IMG/VR virus record: IMGVR_UViG_3300017739_000046
Length of the DNA stretch: 33,671 bases
Source of the DNA: a virus
Reading direction: 5' to 3' (one strand)
Numbering within the stretch: the stretch's first letter is position 1; each line of letters starts with the position of its first letter. The notes under the pieces were generated by a model. That model was not told the DNA's origin. It searched no databases and worked only from the letters and a program-made list of their open reading frames with translations. Position numbers and translations under genes: made by a program. Below, piece after piece: positions 7,631-14,647 of the stretch.

Positions 7631-7659
7631 AGTATCAATATAAACATTTAATTTGTAAA
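7631..7659 (-). promoter_or_regulatory. Candidate sigma70-like internal promoter of the leftward arm
   Basis: On the minus strand: TTTACA (7659..7654), a 17-nt spacer, then GATACT (7636..7631), in the 54-nt gap upstream of the 125-aa gene. Confidence 0.3.
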
Positions 7660-7670
7660 TAATATGCACT

Positions 7671-8285
7671 TTAGGTGTGCATAATTTTATCAAGTTTTTT
7701 ACAGGCAGAATGGTGCAAACTATAGGTTTCTATCCAATCTTGTGCATTAGACTTTTCAATTAATACGGTTACATACTGTTCCCAATTTTTATAATATTCA
7801 TCCGTAGCTTTGTATCCTAGTTTACGTTTATCGCCATCTATTTCATGTTGAGTTATCCATCCCTCACCGAACATATCTGATAGTATTTTCCTAGCTGAAG
7901 TCCGTGTTATATGCATTTCTTTTTGTAAGGTGGTAACGGTTATGGGTTTCTGAGTAAAATATGTTTTCATTATAAAAATACCAGCGTTCCAATTTAATCG
8001 ACTAGCATTAGTCCATCGCTGTATTCTTGTTGATTTACGGGTTTGTGTCATTCGCCATATCTGAATATAGAAATCGACATATAATTCTGAAATGTCATCT
8101 AAAGTTTTTTGTTTAAGGTTTTGAAAGAGTTTAATTTTTTCTTCAATATTTTTTTTATTTACTGGTGGAGCATTATTAGGGTTTATGATAGAACCCGTTT
8201 GTATTGTCCTTGTTGCTCCACTTTCTACTCTTGAGTTCATGCCTAACCCTTCTCTAGGCTTTATATTTGAATAGATGTTATTCAT
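7671..8285 (-). CDS. MarR-like winged-helix DNA-binding protein (204 aa)
   Basis: PITVTTLQKEMHITRTSARKILSDMFGEGWITQHEIDGDKRKLGYKATDEY matches the MarR wHTH pattern. ATGA-coupled to the recombinase gene. Confidence 0.6.
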   Translation of the reverse strand: MNNIYSNIKPREGLGMNSRVESGATRTIQTGSIINPNNAPPVNKKNIEEKIKLFQNLKQKTLDDISELYVDFYIQIWRMTQTRKSTRIQRWTNASRLNWNAGIFIMKTYFTQKPITVTTLQKEMHITRTSARKILSDMFGEGWITQHEIDGDKRKLGYKATDEYYKNWEQYVTVLIEKSNAQDWIETYSLHHSACKKLDKIMHT

Positions 8286-9070
8286 TGTTTTTTCCCCCTC
8301 TTTACAATGTTGCTGATTGTTGATGCATACCAGGCGAATTTTGGTTTATCGTCTGTTGATCCCCCTGTTACACGGTTTGTTTTATTAAACAGTTGTGCTA
8401 TCCCACGGTAGGAATAACCAGCATCTAAGAGAGCTTTTATCTCTGGGTACATTTCCTTTGCAAATTGATTAGCATTAGCTTGTGTACTTTCAACAGCTTT
8501 CTTTCGAGCTTTTTTAAGGACCTCTTCGGACCTACCGAGCTTCTTAACAATATTACCAGCCTTAGACTTATACAGCCCCTTGTCTTTTATTTCAGATTGA
8601 ATACGATTTAATGATGCCTGGGTTCTTTCCTGGATCATTATTTTTTCGTTGTAATTCATCTGTGCAAAAAAACCGACCGTCTTATGATCTAGCTGTGGGT
8701 TATCCAAAACAACCATTTTAAAGCCCTTCTTATGGACCTCTTCAGAGAAGAACTTAGTCGCTTCCCAAGCTGTTCTAGATAATCTTGATAAACTAGTAAT
8801 GATTAATGTTGCATCTTCTTTACGGCAATACTCTAAAGCTTCTTGCAATACTGGCCTACGAATAAAGGGAGTACTACCCGTAATCCCCTCTTCCTTAAAC
8901 CATTTTACAGTATGCTTGCCACCGTTTAGATATTCCTTAATCAAATGCATCTGGTTCTCAACCTCTTGTTTATCAGTTGACACTCTTACCAGACCAGCAA
9001 ACTTACCAGCATGAGGAACCCCATGGTCTTGCCTATAGATTGGCATACGATCAATCCCGAAACTATGCAT
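8282..9070 (-). CDS. Small serine recombinase (resolvase/invertase catalytic domain, 262 aa)
   Basis: GLVRVSTDKQ (catalytic Ser motif), SLSRLSR, and a C-terminal HTH-like region GYSYRGIAQLFNKTN...W..STISNIVKR. GGGAG Shine-Dalgarno. Confidence 0.85.
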   Translation of the reverse strand: MHSFGIDRMPIYRQDHGVPHAGKFAGLVRVSTDKQEVENQMHLIKEYLNGGKHTVKWFKEEGITGSTPFIRRPVLQEALEYCRKEDATLIITSLSRLSRTAWEATKFFSEEVHKKGFKMVVLDNPQLDHKTVGFFAQMNYNEKIMIQERTQASLNRIQSEIKDKGLYKSKAGNIVKKLGRSEEVLKKARKKAVESTQANANQFAKEMYPEIKALLDAGYSYRGIAQLFNKTNRVTGGSTDDKPKFAWYASTISNIVKRGKKQ

Positions 9071-9125
9071 TAAATGTACTCCCTATGTTTACACTTTGTA
9101 CGCTAGTGTTGTCAAACATTGTCAT

Positions 9126-9296
9126 TTACTTTCTCCCCTGTTCTAAAATTTCTGTAATGCTTTTGCCTTGTATATATTGTGCGACAAAATCCTTATAACT
9201 TAGTGGCTCTACGTCTGGCTGTGCTTTACCATACTCAATACCCCAATCAGCTCCACATTCTTCAACATAATCTTCATATTGCTCTTGATATTTCAT
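9126..9296 (-). CDS. Hypothetical acidic protein (56 aa), first gene of the leftward arm
   Basis: Hand-translated as MKYQEQYEDYVEECGADWGIEYGKAQPDVEPLSYKDFVAQYIQGKSITEILEQGRK. GGAGA lies 4 nt upstream of the ATG. Confidence 0.5.
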   Translation of the reverse strand: MKYQEQYEDYVEECGADWGIEYGKAQPDVEPLSYKDFVAQYIQGKSITEILEQGRK

Positions 9297-9339
9297 ATTG
9301 TCTCCGTTTCGTTACGCTTAAATTTCCAGTTTGTTCCTG

Positions 9340-9367
9340 TTTACAATATCAATGTAATGTTTATTAT
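9340..9367 (+). promoter_or_regulatory. Candidate rightward early promoter
   Basis: TTTACA (9340-9345), a 16-nt spacer, then TATTAT (9362-9367). The predicted start, near 9374, falls in a TTACA-N9-TGTAA dyad. Confidence 0.4.
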
Positions 9368-9379
9368 CGTGGATTACAA
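9351..9379 (-). promoter_or_regulatory. Candidate leftward early promoter interleaved with the rightward one
   Basis: On the minus strand: TTGTAA (9379..9374), a 17-nt spacer, then TACATT (9356..9351). Its spacer contains the -10 element of the rightward promoter. Confidence 0.3.
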
Positions 9380-9402
9380 GTGTTAAATGTAACTTTTAGT
9401 AA

Positions 9403-9765
9403 TTGTACATGAAATATAGAGCAAAAAGAGTAGAACTAGATGGATATAAATTCGACAGCCAGGCTGAAGCCAAGCATTATTGGTTTACGTTAAAGCCTAT
9501 GCTGGAAAAAGGTGAGATAAGTCATTTTGAGGTCCATCCTAAGTTCGAAATAATAATAGATGGAGAAAAGATATGCAGATACATAGCCGATTTCAGCTAT
9601 TTCAAGCAGAAGGCACGGGTCGTGGAGGATGTCAAAGGGTTCAAGACACCAGTTTACAAGCTGAAGAAGAAGCTGGTAGAAGCCACACATCGGGGGGTGA
9701 AAATCTTGGAGATATTGCCGAAACAGTATCAGTCAAAAAAATACTCCTTGCCCTCTCAGACGTAA
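9403..9765 (+). CDS. DUF1064-family protein (putative PD-(D/E)XK-like nuclease)
   Basis: GYKFDSQAEAKHY...YIADFSY...VEDVKGFKTPVYKLKKKL matches the DUF1064 pattern as I recall it. An alternative start is ATG 9409. No Shine-Dalgarno is visible. Confidence 0.75.
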   Translation: MYMKYRAKRVELDGYKFDSQAEAKHYWFTLKPMLEKGEISHFEVHPKFEIIIDGEKICRYIADFSYFKQKARVVEDVKGFKTPVYKLKKKLVEATHRGVKILEILPKQYQSKKYSLPSQT

Positions 9766-10007
9766 CGGGTTGTCCACCATTGGAGTTGATTAATCATAGA
9801 AGGTCCAGGGAAGTTATGCCCTATCGTCATCTTCTTTATGCATTAGCCAAAGAATTAACCTGGCAGTCATTCCCACAACTAGGAAAGACATTGAACCGTG
9901 ACCACAGCACGGTCCTACATGGAGCTAAAAGAGGTCAGAAACTAATAGAAACGGACCCAAAGATAGGCGAGGTTTATGAGCAAGTAAAAAGAAAGTTGGT
10001 GGCGTGA
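9573..10007 (+). CDS. DnaA domain IV-like DNA-binding protein. The ORF is taken from ATG 9573; the true N-terminus is uncertain (see the frameshift finding).
   Basis: KKILLALSDVTG..ELINHRRSREVMPYRHLLYALAKELTWQSFPQLGKTLNRDHSTVLHGAKR aligns with E. coli DnaA [58 protein letters not shown]. Confidence 0.8.
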   Translation: MQIHSRFQLFQAEGTGRGGCQRVQDTSLQAEEEAGRSHTSGGENLGDIAETVSVKKILLALSDVTGCPPLELINHRRSREVMPYRHLLYALAKELTWQSFPQLGKTLNRDHSTVLHGAKRGQKLIETDPKIGEVYEQVKRKLVA

Positions 10008-10252
10008 TGTTTGTAGATGATCCCAGGGCAGATAAATACGATAAGCATGGTCGATACTACCCCGTAGAGACACATATACATCAAGCATCATCTATCGCTA
10101 CCTTCGAGGAGATTATGGGTAAGAATGACAGCCTTAATCTATTTCATAGGGGCAACCGTAAAGCACAACTAAAGCAGTTGAAGCACATGAACTTAAAACA
10201 TGACTTCCACAATTTGTGGAAAATGAGTACAAAAACCAGGGCATCAAAATGA
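10004..10252 (+). CDS. Hypothetical protein (82 aa)
   Basis: Start overlaps the upstream stop (GTGATG). No family recognised. Confidence 0.6.
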   Translation: MMFVDDPRADKYDKHGRYYPVETHIHQASSIATFEEIMGKNDSLNLFHRGNRKAQLKQLKHMNLKHDFHNLWKMSTKTRASK

Positions 10253-10404
10253 GTAAAGAAATACAAGCAGTAAAGAACCTGGACCTATGCCCTAGCTGTA
10301 AATCACACCTAAATACTATGCGAACCGATAAGGACCGTATAGAGCGTAGATGTCCAACTTGTAACATTATAGTAGTGGATACGATTAAGAATGAAGATAA
10401 GTAA
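10249..10404 (+). CDS. Zinc-ribbon protein (51 aa)
   Basis: CPSC...17 residues...CPTC. ATG 10249 forms an ATGA overlap with the upstream stop. The track start is 10216. Confidence 0.55.
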   Translation: MSKEIQAVKNLDLCPSCKSHLNTMRTDKDRIERRCPTCNIIVVDTIKNEDK

Positions 10405-11458
10405 GCTGACACCCGATCCACTTAGGGACCCACCAAAAGGACAAGGTGAGCATCAATGTCCAGGTCCATTTATTATGCTACCACCCAGGGCCTACGGAGA
10501 TGTACGCTTTAATAAATATCCTACGACCTTCAGATGCCTGGCAATATGTTCAGCACACGCTAAACAGAATACATCTATCTTTTTCGTTAATCATGTAACG
10601 ATATCTAAGATAATGGGTAATACCAAGTCAGCTATCTCACAGCACTTTAAACGCCTGTTAGATTGGGGTTACATACAGAAGCTAAAGAGTAGCAATCCTA
10701 AACTACCTTACGGACAAAGAGGAGCTAAGTGGCGTGTTATCTTCGATGAAAGAGTGAGCATAGAAGATCAGTTGGCTGGAGCTACCGACATAGACGATAA
10801 CCAGGTAGTCGAGACACTTAATAAGATAACACCTATGCCTAAACCTCTATCAGAGAAACAGATCACAATGGCTAATGATATCGCCCAGAAGTATATGAAG
10901 AATACCAATGAGTATTATCAGCCAGGTAAGATCGCTAAAGATATACAGATATGGTTGCAAGGTGAACAGACAGAAGCTACCTGGAAAGCTATCGGAAATG
11001 GTCTACGTTCACCCTTCGAAGCTGGTTATTTAAAGAATAAGAAAGTTAAGGTGGGGCTAAACTCTTGCAATGATAAAGTTAAGCTGGAGCTAAACTCTAC
11101 CCCTAAAAAAGTTAAGACGGGGCTAAACCATAACTATAAAGTACTTAACTATAGTACTAGTAGTAGAATTTTAAATAAGAATTTATGTGATATCTATATG
11201 AATGTAGTGAGAAGCATTTACAATTCTGAATGGCGATATGATGAAAGACAGATGATGATTGCTGGTCAGTTGATAGAAGCTGGATACAATTCAGATAAGT
11301 TTAAGACAGAAGCAATGTCAGTATTGCAATGGACCAGGAGTAAGAACAAACAGCCACCACAATCATTGCAGTACTTCCTTACTAAGCATACAAACAAAGA
11401 CAAGCCTACTACAGTTGATGGTATGGTTAAAAGACTGGGAGCAAAGATGAAGTTATGA
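10391..11458 (+). CDS. Putative replication initiator (wHTH; lambda-O-like architecture with iterons inside its own gene)
   Basis: wHTH-like segment VTISKIMGNTKSAISQHFKRLLDWGYIQK. Three iterons and an AT-rich tract lie within the coding sequence (11042..11215). Confidence 0.5.
   Translation: MKISKLTPDPLRDPPKGQGEHQCPGPFIMLPPRAYGDVRFNKYPTTFRCLAICSAHAKQNTSIFFVNHVTISKIMGNTKSAISQHFKRLLDWGYIQKLKSSNPKLPYGQRGAKWRVIFDERVSIEDQLAGATDIDDNQVVETLNKITPMPKPLSEKQITMANDIAQKYMKNTNEYYQPGKIAKDIQIWLQGEQTEATWKAIGNGLRSPFEAGYLKNKKVKVGLNSCNDKVKLELNSTPKKVKTGLNHNYKVLNYSTSSRILNKNLCDIYMNVVRSIYNSEWRYDERQMMIAGQLIEAGYNSDKFKTEAMSVLQWTRSKNKQPPQSLQYFLTKHTNKDKPTTVDGMVKRLGAKMKL
11042..11128 (+). repeat. Three 21-bp iterons at exact 33-bp spacing (candidate origin of replication)
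   Basis: AAAGTTAAGGTGGGGCTAAAC (11042), AAAGTTAAGCTGGAGCTAAAC (11075) and AAAGTTAAGACGGGGCTAAAC (11108). They are followed by AT-rich DNA carrying AACTATA/AGTACT repeats. Confidence 0.6.
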
Positions 11459-11629
11459 CTAGGGTGTACAAATACTATACGTTGGTTAAGAGCTTGTACA
11501 CACAGGCTACAAGTAAGGGTACGGGTGGGGTGTCGATAATAAAAAGGCACCTTATCCCCCCCCTGGGTGCTATGTGCGTATGGGGGCATCACAAAAATAT
11601 TTTCCAATTTTACAACAAGGAGTTTTTCA

Positions 11630-12049
11630 ATGAAGCAAAAAATAAAAGATGATGAAGATGCGAGAATAACATTTAATTTTTTTTCTGAACATAATCACAA
11701 ATTACCTGGAAGAATTTTAACTTACTTTGAATACGACAGTAATCTTAGTGGAGCAGATATATCAGAAAATCTTATTTCTTATATAATGCTATCTTCTCTT
11801 TGGTCCACGTCAATAACAGAACCTTTATCGTGGTGGGCTACAGAACATTACATAACAGAAGAAATAAAAGAAGAAGCAATTAATTTAGACATCTTAAAAG
11901 AAGAAAATGGTGAACTCTATTTTTCCGATAAGATTGTTGAAATGCCTATAGTTAGAAAAGGCGAACTTCAAGATGAATTTTATAAAAGATACAGGGATTG
12001 GGTTGGTAAGTACAGTTTTTCTAATCCATCTGTAAAATACAATAATTAA
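11630..12049 (+). CDS. Hypothetical protein (139 aa), AT-rich orphan gene
   Basis: ATG 11630 has AAGGAG 7 nt upstream. The longer track ORF (from 11567) runs into the non-coding GC-rich island. Confidence 0.6.
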   Translation: MKQKIKDDEDARITFNFFSEHNHKLPGRILTYFEYDSNLSGADISENLISYIMLSSLWSTSITEPLSWWATEHYITEEIKEEAINLDILKEENGELYFSDKIVEMPIVRKGELQDEFYKRYRDWVGKYSFSNPSVKYNN

Positions 12050-12064
12050 AAACAGGAGAAACAA

Positions 12065-12271
12065 ATGGATAAAAAATATGACGTAGTACAATCGCAAGGT
12101 ACTTATCAAAAAGACGGTCAAGAAAAGACCAGGTGGATGACCATAGGTGTTTTATTAGAAAAGCCCGATGGTAAACGGTCCATCAAGCTCAATGCCCTCC
12201 CCTTGCCTAATAAGGATGGTGATATCTGGTTACAGGTTTTTGAGAATAAACCGAAGGTGGAAGGCTGGTAA
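12065..12271 (+). CDS. Hypothetical protein (68 aa)
   Basis: AGGAGA Shine-Dalgarno. TAATG-coupled to the terS-like gene. Confidence 0.65.
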   Translation: MDKKYDVVQSQGTYQKDGQEKTRWMTIGVLLEKPDGKRSIKLNALPLPNKDGDIWLQVFENKPKVEGW

Positions 12272-12666
12272 TGCCAAGAGTTAACAAACGCTTTCCAGCA
12301 GTTGGTGAAGTAACCAAACGTCTAAAGGGTTCAAGTATTATTTATGATAATCGGGATCAGTTAGCCGAACAGTTACTGATGTTAGCTGGGGCCAATATAA
12401 CCGATGTATTAGAATGGAGTGATAACAATGTCAGTATCAAAGAGATCAAGGACATCCCACCGTCAGCGTTACAGGCTATCAAAAAGATTAAGGTTACGCC
12501 GACCAGGTCGGGAGATCAAATCGAAGTCGAGATGATAGATAAGGTCCGTGTGTTACAGATTTTATCGAAGTCTGCTGGATTACTGGACCAGGAAAAAGAT
12601 AGTGAGAAACCAGCCGTAGTTGATATCACGATGGTCATGCCTGGTGAACTGGAGAAGAAGAAATGA
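12271..12666 (+). CDS. terS: Terminase small subunit
   Basis: The C-terminal segment DKVRVLQILSKSAGLL is typical of Terminase_2-type small subunits. It lies two genes upstream of terL. Confidence 0.6.
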   Translation: MPRVNKRFPAVGEVTKRLKGSSIIYDNRDQLAEQLLMLAGANITDVLEWSDNNVSIKEIKDIPPSALQAIKKIKVTPTRSGDQIEVEMIDKVRVLQILSKSAGLLDQEKDSEKPAVVDITMVMPGELEKKK

Positions 12667-13124
12667 GTAAGTTAGTTGCTATTCCAATAAATTTATCAGA
12701 AGCTAATAAGTTTGTAGATAACTTTCACAGGCATAATAAACCAGTAGTTGGTGCTAAATTTTCTATTGGTTGTTCTAACGGTGAAAGACTTGTTGGTGTT
12801 GCTATTGTAGGCAGACCGATTTCCATAAGAAAAGATGACGGTGTTACGGCTGAAGTTACTAGATGCTGTGTTATTGATGATGCACCTAAAGGCTCCTGTA
12901 GTTTTTTGTATGCTAGTTGTTGGAGAGCTTGGAAAGCTATGGGTGGTCAAAAAATAATTACCTATACCTTGCAATCAGAAGGTGGTGCGAGTTTAAGAGG
13001 GTCGGGCTGGACAGTTTTGCATGAAGTTGAAATTCATCCAAACAAAGGATGGACAAATAGACCTGGTAGAGAATGGCAATCAGTAAGTGGTCAACAAAAA
13101 TTTTGTTGGGGTGTAAGCGTATGA
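12663..13124 (+). CDS. XF1762-family protein (GNAT-like fold)
   Basis: LSEANKFVDNFHRHNKPVVGAKFSIG...LVGVAIVGRPIS....VTAEVTRCC........SFLYASCWRAWKAMGGQKIITYTLQSEGGASLRGSGW matches the XF1762-family pattern as I recall it. Confidence 0.65.
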   Translation: MSKLVAIPINLSEANKFVDNFHRHNKPVVGAKFSIGCSNGERLVGVAIVGRPISIRKDDGVTAEVTRCCVIDDAPKGSCSFLYASCWRAWKAMGGQKIITYTLQSEGGASLRGSGWTVLHEVEIHPNKGWTNRPGREWQSVSGQQKFCWGVSV

Positions 13125-14647
13125 CCGATGAAGTACCTTCTGGATTAAAGCTGGATTTTTCTGGCTCTCCTGTCGTAGCTAAGTTTTTAAGAAGTAACTC
13201 TTTTGTCCGAGGTATCATGGGTCCTGTCGGAAGTGGTAAGAGCTACGCCTGTTGTGCTGAAATATTTAGACGGGCCGTTATGCAAAAGCCCTCACCCCGT
13301 GATGGTATCAGATACAGCCGATTTGTTATCGTAAGAAACTCTTATCCTATGTTGAGGACCACGACCTTAAAAACCTGGATGGAGTTGTTGCCCGAACATA
13401 TTTGGGGCCATGTACGACACGCTCCACCGATTACCCATCATCTGAAACTTCCACCCAGGGGCGATGCTTCTGGTATTGATTGTGAGGTTATTTTTTTAGC
13501 CCTGGACCAGCCCAAAGATGTTAGGAAGTTGCTGTCATTAGAATTGACGGGAGCCTGGATAAACGAAGCGAGGGAGTTACCTAAAAGCATTGTCGATGGA
13601 TTAACCCACCGTGTCGGAAGATATCCAACCAAAGCTGATGGTGGTCCTTCCTGGCATGGAATTATTATGGATACGAACCCCTGTGATGATGACCATTATT
13701 GGTATCGTCTAGCAGAAAAAGAAACGCCCAAGGGAAAGTTTAAATGGGAGTTTTTTAATCAAGCTGGAGGTGTCCTGGAAGTAAAACCCGAAAACGTACC
13801 CGATGATATGCCCGAAGCTCAAGGATATATTTCCCAGGCTGGTCGATGGTGGAAGGTCAATGAGAAAGCTGAAAATATAAACAATCTGCCCGAAGGCTAT
13901 TATGTGCAGTTACTGGGTGGAAAGAACCTGGATTGGATCAGATGCTACGCTGAAGGCAAATACACCTATGTCCAGGAAGGCAGACCCGTCTGGTCCGAGT
14001 ATGATGACACCACAATGTCGGCTGACCTGGAGCCTATTCCGAATATTCCTATTAATATCGGCTTAGACTTTGGATTAACCCCAGCTGGTGTTTTTGCTCA
14101 GAAGTTGCCGAATGGTCGTTGGCATATACTGCATGAGGTTGTGACGTTTGATATCGGTCTTGAACGCTTTTGCTCTGTACTTAAAAGCGAATTAGAAATG
14201 AGGTTTCCTGGCTTTGAAGTCAATATGTGGGGCGATCCAGCTGGTATGCAAAGAGATCAGATATTCGAGACAACTGCCTTTGACCATCTTAAAACGCACG
14301 GGCTTTTAGCTAGACCGACTGCGACCAATGATTTTAGGACCAGGCGTGAAGCTGTGGCTATTCCTATGGGAAGATTAATAGACGGTAAACCTGGCTTTAT
14401 GGTCAATCGTAAATGCCAAAGATTAAGAAAAAGCCTGGCTGGTGGATATCATTTCAAGCGTGTTGCGATTGGTGCTGGACAGGAAAGATTTAAAGACAGC
14501 CCTAATAAAAATGAACACTCCCATGTGGGTGATGCTGTCGGCTACTGCCTTCTAGGTGGTGGTGAACATAAACGTATGACCGTCAGACCCCGTTCTGAAT
14601 ATGGCAACTCAACTGCGAAGGTCTTGGATTTTGATGTTTTCTCTTGA
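13121..14647 (+). CDS. terL: Terminase large subunit
   Basis: Walker A motif GPVGSGKS, Walker-B-like LTGAWINEA, and a C-terminal nuclease-like region (GLDFG...WGDPAG...HVGDA). ATG 13121 forms an ATGA overlap with the upstream stop. Confidence 0.85.
   Translation: MTDEVPSGLKLDFSGSPVVAKFLRSNSFVRGIMGPVGSGKSYACCAEIFRRAVMQKPSPRDGIRYSRFVIVRNSYPMLRTTTLKTWMELLPEHIWGHVRHAPPITHHLKLPPRGDASGIDCEVIFLALDQPKDVRKLLSLELTGAWINEARELPKSIVDGLTHRVGRYPTKADGGPSWHGIIMDTNPCDDDHYWYRLAEKETPKGKFKWEFFNQAGGVLEVKPENVPDDMPEAQGYISQAGRWWKVNEKAENINNLPEGYYVQLLGGKNLDWIRCYAEGKYTYVQEGRPVWSEYDDTTMSADLEPIPNIPINIGLDFGLTPAGVFAQKLPNGRWHILHEVVTFDIGLERFCSVLKSELEMRFPGFEVNMWGDPAGMQRDQIFETTAFDHLKTHGLLARPTATNDFRTRREAVAIPMGRLIDGKPGFMVNRKCQRLRKSLAGGYHFKRVAIGAGQERFKDSPNKNEHSHVGDAVGYCLLGGGEHKRMTVRPRSEYGNSTAKVLDFDVFS

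Noticed and set aside
8799-9412. Three plus-strand ORFs (71, 73 and 77 aa) over the recombinase 5' end and the control region
   Set aside because: They are antisense to the serine recombinase and the 56-aa leftward ORF, or run through the promoter gap. Their products are Cys/Leu-rich nonsense and none has a ribosome-binding site.
11518-11530. A G-quadruplex in the GC-rich island
   Set aside because: Only three G-runs (GGG, GGG, GGGG) are present within reach. A fourth run, needed for an intramolecular quadruplex, is missing.
11266-11652. ORFs 11455..11652 (+) and 11266..11607 (-) crossing the GC-rich island
   Set aside because: There is no ribosome-binding site and the composition is odd. 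One is antisense to the initiator gene. The plus-strand ORF ends just past the well-supported ATG 11630 of the next gene, in another frame.
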